Shown here piece by piece: positions 57,133-64,000 of a DNA stretch of 64,000 nt. The notes beneath the pieces are model-generated. The model was not told the DNA's origin. It saw only the letters and a list, made by a program, of their open reading frames with translations, and searched no databases. Each line of letters starts with the position of its first letter. Positions within the stretch are counted from its first letter, which is position 1. Made by a program: the position numbers and the translations under genes. This stretch comes from a virus (lineage: Duplodnaviria > Caudoviricetes). The stretch lies in IMG/VR virus record IMGVR_UViG_3300042013_000103; one strand, written 5' to 3'.

Positions 57133-59100
57133 TCAGTGAAGCTTACCCCCCATCACAGCAAGATCATACGGATGATCGTTGCGTTGTTTGTTCAGGAAGC
57201 TTGCAGGGTTGTTTAGCGGCTCGTGCTGCTTCTCGAACGCCATGGCACCGGCCAAGGACCGATTCTGCATCAGTCGGTTGTATTTCTCGAATGTTCCCGA
57301 GATACCCGGTATAGGCAAGCGATAATCACGCAACTGCGCTGATCTAATCATCATAGCATAGACCAGGCATTCGCTATGCGCCAAGTTGAGCTGGATCTTT
57401 TCGTTCACCAGTGCGTTAAACGCCACCACTGCATCGATCGGGTCACGGTAGTTCTTCAGGAAGGTTTTCCCGGTGAACCCAATCTTGTCACTCGACAACC
57501 GGCTGCCTTCCGTGTCCGACCCAGAGTGCAGGAACGACTGAACCCGTTTCATGAACTCGTAGGTGTTAACGTGTTTAAACGGCAGCGTTAAGAACGGCAA
57601 CGAAGGTTCGAAGCCTTCCAGGTTGATGACGATGTTGTCGCGGTTGTCTGGAGACCACCCGACCTTCTTCACGTGACGCAACAGGTCGGTCGACAACGAC
57701 GCTTTCCGGTTGTACAGCGACACGGTCAGAATGTCCCCTTGGTCCTGTCCATCCACGGTGCGGATCAACCCGATTTTGGTCAGGTTGGAGGCCGCTTCCG
57801 CTGGGTAAGCCGACAGGTCTTTGATCATCAAGATGTCCGCCAGGGATTGGGCTTCCGACTTCTGTATCAGCAAGCGGTAACCCAACTTGGCGACCTCGGG
57901 TTGTAAGTAGAGGGTTTCCTCCACCTTCCCTTTCTTCATGTACTTCGCTTCCGTACCGGCCAGGATGTACTGCTCCACCGCTGAAGTGGCGTCGGTGTGT
58001 TTGGTCGACAACACGGACGAGGTGATTGCATCCCCCATCACAACCGCGGACACCCAACCGATGTTGGTGCCTTTCGGAATGTTGTACGACAAGCGCCCGT
58101 AGCAAATGGCACAGATGCCCTGTGGGTCTGGGTGCACACACGCCAACACCGAACGCATCTTGATGGACTTGCCGATCAGGTGCGTTTCGTTCCCGCGTAA
58201 CCACCCGCGGGTGCCGTCTTCTTTCAGGTAGTACTTGCCCGCCATGGATTTCAGCGTGGCCTTCAGTACCGGATAATCCACATAGTCCGCACCGCAATCG
58301 GTGTGGTGCAGGTTCATCAGGTACTGTGCGATCAGCTGAGACTTCCGGTTGAAATACTCGGTGACCCGCAGCAGCTCCTTGTTATAGAGCAAGGCTTTGG
58401 TCCCAGAGCGGGATTCGATCATGTTGCCGTACAGGTCCCAGATCCCGTCTACATACCCCACCAGGATTGGCTCGGCGAAGATCGTCGAGTTGATGTCCGT
58501 CGGGAAGCCGCGCGGCGCAAACGCTTGCAGCATCTGCTCCATTTTCTGGGTACCGGAACGCAACCCTTCCACCACCGAGTTGCCCCGGAATTTGGTTGGG
58601 TCGAGCAGGGCTTCTTTCGCTTTGCCGTACGCAATGTGTTCGATGCCGTACGTCGTGGGTTCGACGTTGGTGTTGGCCTCCCGGATGAGCGGATCGTTAT
58701 AGATCTCAGCGACTTCAAAGATCGACAGCGTGGTCACGTAAGGTGACAGCTTGATCGTGGTCATGTTGTACAGGATGTTGGTTGCTTCGATGGCGTACCG
58801 GGCCAGCAACTCGGTGTCGACCTGCTCGTTCAAATAGCTGTGGATGTGCCAGATCACCCGGTTCAAACAGCGCACCAAGGACTTGGACGACACCCGCTCT
58901 TCGTTCATGTGGTGTTCCTTCAGAATCGGAACGTCCGGGAAGAACTTGAACGGGTACCACAAGATCACAGATAATTTGGTTATGCGGTCATATGTCAACA
59001 CATCCCCATCGGCCATTTCGACCACCTGCCATTCTGAGGGCAGTCGCATCAGTTCGTCCACTGGCATGTTCGCCAGTTGCCGCGCAGTATATCTGTTCAT
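57133..59100 (-). CDS. rpoC: Non-virion RNA polymerase beta'-like subunit (phiKZ gp74-like)
   Basis: PRGFPTDIN, SRSGTKAL, YFNRKSQL, DCG...C.HPDPQGICAICYG Zn site, LSTKHT. Confidence 0.9.
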   Translation of the reverse strand: MNRYTARQLANMPVDELMRLPSEWQVVEMADGDVLTYDRITKLSVILWYPFKFFPDVPILKEHHMNEERVSSKSLVRCLNRVIWHIHSYLNEQVDTELLARYAIEATNILYNMTTIKLSPYVTTLSIFEVAEIYNDPLIREANTNVEPTTYGIEHIAYGKAKEALLDPTKFRGNSVVEGLRSGTQKMEQMLQAFAPRGFPTDINSTIFAEPILVGYVDGIWDLYGNMIESRSGTKALLYNKELLRVTEYFNRKSQLIAQYLMNLHHTDCGADYVDYPVLKATLKSMAGKYYLKEDGTRGWLRGNETHLIGKSIKMRSVLACVHPDPQGICAICYGRLSYNIPKGTNIGWVSAVVMGDAITSSVLSTKHTDATSAVEQYILAGTEAKYMKKGKVEETLYLQPEVAKLGYRLLIQKSEAQSLADILMIKDLSAYPAEAASNLTKIGLIRTVDGQDQGDILTVSLYNRKASLSTDLLRHVKKVGWSPDNRDNIVINLEGFEPSLPFLTLPFKHVNTYEFMKRVQSFLHSGSDTEGSRLSSDKIGFTGKTFLKNYRDPIDAVVAFNALVNEKIQLNLAHSECLVYAMMIRSAQLRDYRLPIPGISGTFEKYNRLMQNRSLAGAMAFEKQHEPLNNPASFLNKQRNDHPYDLAVMGGKLH

Positions 59101-59113
59101 CTAATACCTATTG

Positions 59114-61210
59114 TTAGTTCGAGAACGCGTAAACAAACTTCAAACCACGGCATTCCAGCAGGTGGTCCAACAACCCCACTGGACGAGAACCCCCGAACGG
59201 TACTTTCTTGCGATCCACCGCTCGAGCAATCCGAGACGGGTACGGGGCCGTCAAGTACGCTTCTACCACCGCTTGGTGGGAGTCGGGGCTGTTGGTTTGA
59301 TCCAGCAGCTCCACGGTGGGTTCTGGGCCACAGGTCGCAATGTAAGAACGAGTCTCAGACTCGCCGTAACTGCGGATGGCCGATTCCCGACCCGGGGTCG
59401 TCGCACGGTCGTTCTTGTTCAGCTTGGAAGGCAACCCAAACTGCTGCACTTCCACGGAGCTCACAGCCGACCAGTCTTCACCGATCTTCTCCAAGCCCAT
59501 GATGTACAACGGACCGACCAACACGTTGTTGACGGTTTCCACCACGGTGCCGCCTTGGTCCCGATAGGTCACCGGGCCGTAGTTCGGGCGGAAGCGTGAA
59601 TTCAACATGCCGTTCACGGCGGCCATCAGGTCGACTTTGTCGTCCACCGGACTGTACAGGTAGTGTTTGCTTTCTTGGAAGATCGAGCGGACATAACGGG
59701 CGCGGTCCGGATCGTCCACCAACATTTCCCGTTGCGTTGGGGTGACGATGGCGTAGAAATCCATCAGCTCCTTAAACGCGTAATCCACGAACTGCGTGTT
59801 GCGCATCAGTACGTCGAGTTCCGGGTTGCTGAAGAAGTGGTGGCGATCAAACCCGGCCTCGATCTTCAACCGTTGCATCAAGTCGCGCGCGGCTGCGCCA
59901 AATCCATGCTCGTAGAGACGACCATAGTTGGCCCGACGAATCGTGGAACCACCGTAGATGATCACGTCCGCCCGGTTGCCCCATTTATCGATCGGCATGT
60001 CCTCGTTCTTCATGACCTTACAGATCACACCCTTACCACCGAAGAAGTCCGTGAGCTTGTAAGCGTTGGACGGACGCTTGATGGACTCGTAGGTGATGTT
60101 CACCCGCCATTCGTCCAGCGGATCCAGTCGGTACATCCGGGTGAGTTTCCGCCCTTCGTTAACCGGCATGTGGATCTGGGCTTCAATCAACAACATGTTG
60201 AACTCCGGGGTGAACCGGAAGTGTTCTTTGCGCGAGCGTTTGAGTTGCTCGGCGATGCGAATGATCTCCTTGTAGTACATGTGCATGGCACCGTAATACT
60301 TCATGAGCTGTCCGTCCATCCCCGTGGGGGTGTACGAAGGGTTCACGCGGTTATCACGGAACACGTCCACGTCAATAATAAAAGCACCCGGTTCACCGAT
60401 GGCCGCTCGATCGAACGTCCGGTCGAGGGTACGCAGTGCCCGGGGAGTCATCTCTGCAGGGGTGAGGTCGTCGTCATGGTCACGCAGGGCAAAGATCACC
60501 CCGTCGGCCCGGATACGTTCCCCCACATCGGGAAACGGCTTGAAGGTCTTGTCATCGCCATACATGTTCAAGAAGAACGACTTCCGACCGGCGTTGCCCA
60601 CCACTTGCGTGTAGGTGCGCATCGAGATTTTGTCGAGGCAGTCTTCGTTGATGATGAACCCGTCTTCGATGGTTCCTGGCACTGCCATGAACACCGCGTT
60701 CAAGTTCACGCCCATGCCGTACAACCCGTTGGCTTTTACCGCCGTGGAGTTGGCCAACACGGTGTCTTTGGCGATCAGTGCACCCACGTGCATTTGTTCC
60801 CAAGCCGCCCGGTTCCGCTGGAGGCGATACCCGAAGTCTTGGTGCATGGAAATAAACTCCGGCACCTGCAGCACGCCGATGGTTTTGTACGGGTCATTGT
60901 AATGTTCGTAGATGATGGTGGTCACCGGGTTCATCCGGATACTGTCATGACCTACGCCTGTTGGGTATTTCCGTAAGATGTGAAGAATCTGCACGTCTTC
61001 GGGGAGGCGAATATCAAACGTGTGTTCCGCGTAACGAATTTCCGAACCCGTGATTACCAACCGGGATTCGTTCCCTTCCAGAATGGGGGCTTGTCCTGCG
61101 TGGTTAACAAACATGGCCCCCCGAGCTGAAGACGTCGTACCGACATAAGGGTCCAGTGCGCTCACCCCTAACAACGTGGGGTCCAGTTCACGATTAAGCG
61201 GGTCAGACAT
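59114..61210 (-). CDS. rpoB: Non-virion RNA polymerase beta-like subunit (phiKZ gp71/73-like), uninterrupted
   Basis: SSARGAMF, GTIEDGF, YKLTDFFGGKGVI, RYGESE-like RSYGESETR beta motifs. Confidence 0.9.
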   Translation of the reverse strand: MSDPLNRELDPTLLGVSALDPYVGTTSSARGAMFVNHAGQAPILEGNESRLVITGSEIRYAEHTFDIRLPEDVQILHILRKYPTGVGHDSIRMNPVTTIIYEHYNDPYKTIGVLQVPEFISMHQDFGYRLQRNRAAWEQMHVGALIAKDTVLANSTAVKANGLYGMGVNLNAVFMAVPGTIEDGFIINEDCLDKISMRTYTQVVGNAGRKSFFLNMYGDDKTFKPFPDVGERIRADGVIFALRDHDDDLTPAEMTPRALRTLDRTFDRAAIGEPGAFIIDVDVFRDNRVNPSYTPTGMDGQLMKYYGAMHMYYKEIIRIAEQLKRSRKEHFRFTPEFNMLLIEAQIHMPVNEGRKLTRMYRLDPLDEWRVNITYESIKRPSNAYKLTDFFGGKGVICKVMKNEDMPIDKWGNRADVIIYGGSTIRRANYGRLYEHGFGAAARDLMQRLKIEAGFDRHHFFSNPELDVLMRNTQFVDYAFKELMDFYAIVTPTQREMLVDDPDRARYVRSIFQESKHYLYSPVDDKVDLMAAVNGMLNSRFRPNYGPVTYRDQGGTVVETVNNVLVGPLYIMGLEKIGEDWSAVSSVEVQQFGLPSKLNKNDRATTPGRESAIRSYGESETRSYIATCGPEPTVELLDQTNSPDSHQAVVEAYLTAPYPSRIARAVDRKKVPFGGSRPVGLLDHLLECRGLKFVYAFSN

Positions 61211-61268
61211 TGCAGCTACCTCTTTAGATTCATTCTATGATTCCTTCGACTACATGGTTCAGCAAACC

Positions 61269-61280
61269 TGTAATATAGTC
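61269..61280 (-). promoter_or_regulatory. Putative early promoter driving the nvRNAP-helicase operon
   Basis: Exact GACTATATTACA ~60 nt upstream of the nvRNAP beta gene. Confidence 0.75.
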
Positions 61281-61308
61281 TCGAAATTTAATGCATTGGT
61301 AAACCACT

Positions 61309-61671
61309 ATGGCCTTTACGATCATGACAGGCATGGCGAAGCCTGGAGAGCAACTCTACTACGAGCCGGGGTTCCGGTTGATCGTGGAGACTTGCCTCAA
61401 TCAGCTGAAACAACTGGCGGTCACCATCACTGACATTCCCGTGGATATGCTTTACCAATACGAAGGCAACTTCTACGGTTACCTGGTGGACAAAGGGATC
61501 CGTCCGGAACTCCATTGGATTTACCTTCGGGTCAACAACATGGAACACCCCAATCAGTTTGGGGCTGAACTGCGCAACCCGTTGAACCAACTACTGGCCC
61601 CACGGTTGATCGAACCGAATGAAAACGTCATTGGGGAGTTACGGGCGTATTACCTCAATCGAAAAAAATAA
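61309..61671 (+). CDS. Conserved core protein (phiKZ gp70-like)
   Basis: 120 aa; YQYEGNFYGYL...HWIYLRVN; opposite strand within the RNAP block as in phiKZ. Confidence 0.75.
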   Translation: MAFTIMTGMAKPGEQLYYEPGFRLIVETCLNQLKQLAVTITDIPVDMLYQYEGNFYGYLVDKGIRPELHWIYLRVNNMEHPNQFGAELRNPLNQLLAPRLIEPNENVIGELRAYYLNRKK

Positions 61672-61674
61672 GCC

Positions 61675-61708
61675 AAGCAGGGGCCCCGTGAGGAGCCCCG
61701 CTTATGCC
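61675..61708. terminator. Hairpin terminator with TTATGCC tail
   Basis: AAGC.GGGGC.CC...GG.GCCCCGCTT-ATGCC between convergent genes. Confidence 0.65.
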
Positions 61709-61711
61709 GTC

Positions 61712-63043
61712 TTACAGGTAGCTGGTTGGAGTGGTCACGAATGGAAACGTGCTTTGTGGCATGCTCACACCACCAGACGTCACACCCGCGTACGGATTCA
61801 TCGGCTGCTGTGGCATCTGTTGTGGTTGTTGGAACCAGCTCGGTTGTACGAACTGGGGCTGTTGTGGCACTGCCGGCTGCATTGGTTGAAAGAACTGCGG
61901 TTGTTGTGGCTGCGCGAACAGGGTAGGTTGCATGCCCATGTTCGGGTTGTACCCTGGGTTCTGTGCTTGACGCAGACCAGCAAGGGCGTCTTCGATGCTG
62001 ACAGTGCCCGGGGCAGTCGCGGCAGGTTGCACCACGGCATTGCGCGTTGGGTGCGCGACGGTACGTTTCGGTTCCGTCTCCTGCTGGAACATCGCCGTGG
62101 ACTTCATGGCCGTGCCTTTCGGGGCAGCGAGCATTGTCGGCACCGCTTCTGCTTCGGCCGCAGCTTCTTCTTCCGTTTGACGCCCACCTTCGTTACCGCT
62201 CAACGCTGGGATCTCGTTGTAGACATCTTCGAACGTGTCGTAGATGTTGTCGGGGTAAGTGGGGAAGGGCTTCAGCGTGAAGTGCAAAGCTTCGCCGTAC
62301 AGTGCGATGGACTTGTTCAGCTGCTTGGTGACCTTGGCGTAGGCCTTGAGGAACGAAGTGAAGTACGGTGCCACACGGGTGGTCGTACCGGCACTGTATT
62401 CCTCTGGGTCATCGCCGCCGGGTACCACCAGCTGGAACAGCGCCCGCAGCACTTGGCGTTCTTTCTTCGGCACCGGAATGCCGTAGACTTTGCCCGACTC
62501 GTCCAGCAAGTCTTCCAGGATCGGGAAACGGATCACCGTCATCCGAGTAACTTTCTTCCCTTCGTACTTGCCGTCGGCTTTCAGGTACACCACCACCAAG
62601 CGATGGTTTTTGATCGCCGCGGCAATGATCTTGTCGTACAACGCCACGGTGTTTTTGCCCACGCCCGTCAGCTTGCGCAGGAAATCACTGGCGTCAGGAG
62701 GCAGATCTTTGTGGGTGCTTTGGTCCACTGCGATCTTCAGCAGTTCCGTGGTGATGTACTCCACCGCGTACGCGATGTTTGCCCGGGCGAACCGTTGCAT
62801 GTGTTGCAGCACCGGGGACGTCCCCCGGCGAGCCAGACTCTCTGACAGCGGGTGCCAGAAGGTGATGCCCTCTTCGCCGTCGCGGAGGGCTTTGTTGGTC
62901 GGAAGTGCCAGGCGCTGCCCTTCCACTTTGGCGGGCAACAAGGTACCGGTCGGTTGCAGGATACTCAAATTCCCCAACTCGTCCGCTTCGTAGCGCAGGG
63001 CCGGGTGAATTTTCTTATAGGTAGTCAGCAAACTGGATTGCAT
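61712..63043 (-). CDS. picA: Phage-nucleus protein import factor PicA/Imp1 (phiKZ gp69-like)
   Basis: Between gp68-like and gp70-like genes; RLALP...FWHPLSE...G.SPVL motif; probable ATG 63043 with RBS GGAG. Confidence 0.75.
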   Translation of the reverse strand: MQSSLLTTYKKIHPALRYEADELGNLSILQPTGTLLPAKVEGQRLALPTNKALRDGEEGITFWHPLSESLARRGTSPVLQHMQRFARANIAYAVEYITTELLKIAVDQSTHKDLPPDASDFLRKLTGVGKNTVALYDKIIAAAIKNHRLVVVYLKADGKYEGKKVTRMTVIRFPILEDLLDESGKVYGIPVPKKERQVLRALFQLVVPGGDDPEEYSAGTTTRVAPYFTSFLKAYAKVTKQLNKSIALYGEALHFTLKPFPTYPDNIYDTFEDVYNEIPALSGNEGGRQTEEEAAAEAEAVPTMLAAPKGTAMKSTAMFQQETEPKRTVAHPTRNAVVQPAATAPGTVSIEDALAGLRQAQNPGYNPNMGMQPTLFAQPQQPQFFQPMQPAVPQQPQFVQPSWFQQPQQMPQQPMNPYAGVTSGGVSMPQSTFPFVTTPTSYL

Positions 63044-63998
63044 CTTGTGCTCCATTAATTTGAATTGGTGCGGCCACAGGGTGCACGTACGGTGCGTCGA
63101 AGCTGTTGAACACGTTCTGCTGCTTGTTGGTAGGGATCACTTCCCCCACGAGGTACAGCAGGTCGTTCGAGATCAACTGTGGCAATTGCGCGTTACGGGT
63201 GATCACCGGCGAGAACAGGCTGTCGGTGAACGTTGGGACTACGTACCGGATCGGCGAATTGTCGCCGGCCAGTTGGATGTCGATAACCGAATCACCGGCC
63301 AGGTCACAGGACATCGAGATCTGGAACGGCATTTGGTTGCCCCGGGAAATGGAGTTCAAACAGTCGGTCGCCATGCGCCGTTCAAATTCCATCAGGTGTG
63401 GGCGCATGTCGAAACCGGAATCGATCAACGACTTGGTGCCATCCCCGAAGAACTGGAAGGTGTAGTTGTTAGGACCGGTGCCGTTCATCACGGCGAACTT
63501 CACGTGGCGCAGGAAGGTGTCCATCATCAACGACGGAATCACCTGGCCCAACAACGAGGCAGCAATGGACGCTGGGTCAGAACCATGCATGTGGTTGGAG
63601 TGTTCAGCGAAGTTCACGATTCGCTTCGACTGACCGTTGTCCATGGAGAACTTGGTGACTTGGTCCGTGCCCACTTCTGGGAACAGGCGTACCAAATCCT
63701 GCAGCTCAACGTAACCACGTTCCATGTAGTTGGCATGGTCCTTCAGCATCGCCAAGAAACTGTTCTTCTGAATCTCTTGGTTGGCCACCCGAGCGTGCGC
63801 TTCACCCAACAACATCTCTGGGTTCAGTGCGCTGCCGGCCGACAGGTAATCCCCTTCGTTGGCCATGTTGGCTTCTTTCACGGCGTGGGAGTAAGCCCCC
63901 AGCGTGTCAGAAACGAACCGGGTCGGTGCCGTGTCACGGCGGTGGGAATACTTGTACGCACCACCTTCACCCAACATGGCGCTCTGGGTAATGTGCCG
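63015..63998 (-). CDS. Non-virion RNAP promoter-specificity subunit (phiKZ gp68-like), C-terminal part; runs off the right edge
   Basis: Frame open to the window end; YVVPTFTDSLFSPVIT C-terminal motif; synteny with gp69-gp74 equivalents. Confidence 0.75.
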   Translation of the reverse strand, partial: RHITQSAMLGEGGAYKYSHRRDTAPTRFVSDTLGAYSHAVKEANMANEGDYLSAGSALNPEMLLGEAHARVANQEIQKNSFLAMLKDHANYMERGYVELQDLVRLFPEVGTDQVTKFSMDNGQSKRIVNFAEHSNHMHGSDPASIAASLLGQVIPSLMMDTFLRHVKFAVMNGTGPNNYTFQFFGDGTKSLIDSGFDMRPHLMEFERRMATDCLNSISRGNQMPFQISMSCDLAGDSVIDIQLAGDNSPIRYVVPTFTDSLFSPVITRNAQLPQLISNDLLYLVGEVIPTNKQQNVFNSFDAPYVHPVAAPIQINGAQDAIQFADYL

Positions 63999-64000
63999 AT

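Noticed and set aside
21779-60976. Very long antisense ORFs (21779-23719, 24307-26007, 27504-29264, 33478-35151, 46522-48054, 51744-53357, 59663-60976)
   Set aside because: Each mirrors a strongly codon-biased real gene on the other strand. Such open antisense frames are expected with GC-rich third positions, and they lack RBS and protein-like composition.
3306-61708. Repeated hairpin elements as a CRISPR array or mobile repeat
   Set aside because: Copies are dispersed singly in intergenic gaps with variable stems and no spacers or regular period; they fit terminators.
1-64000. tRNA/rRNA genes, integrase, transposase, intron or intein
   Set aside because: No cloverleaf, rRNA-like sequence, recombinase motifs, or interrupted or oversize core genes were seen by eye. 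A tRNAscan/Infernal run would be needed to exclude divergent RNAs.
1-64000. Alternative genetic code (stop-codon reassignment)
   Set aside because: Core genes translate to expected lengths under code 11, with TAA, TAG and TGA all used as stops.

Overview
This window is a 64-kb slice of a phiKZ-related, nucleus-forming jumbo phage (Chimalliviridae-like). The host is probably a Pseudomonas-type gammaproteobacterium, but GC is visibly higher than phiKZ. Gene order follows the phiKZ core in reverse: major capsid protein (partial, left edge, absent from the ORF track) and DnaB helicase; a ~16-kb accessory block of small, often membrane-anchored genes with a DarG-like macrodomain; a block of virion and inner-head proteins (positional equivalents of phiKZ gp84-gp101); the exonuclease-bearing half of a split family-B DNA polymerase; a virion RNAP beta' fragment; an SF2 helicase; the non-virion RNAP subunits; and the nuclear-import factor PicA/Imp1. 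The most striking observation is at 44406-44412. The polymerase ORF ends on a lambda G-T type slippery heptamer (G GGA AAG) directly before its stop. The -1 frame opens exactly there into a NADAR-like ADP-ribose hydrolase domain that has no conventional start of its own, followed by a MazG-like gene. This suggests a frameshift-made polymerase-NADAR fusion, plausibly countering DarT-type DNA ADP-ribosylation. All family assignments come from motif recognition and synteny, not database searches. phiKZ gp numbers are positional or recalled equivalents.
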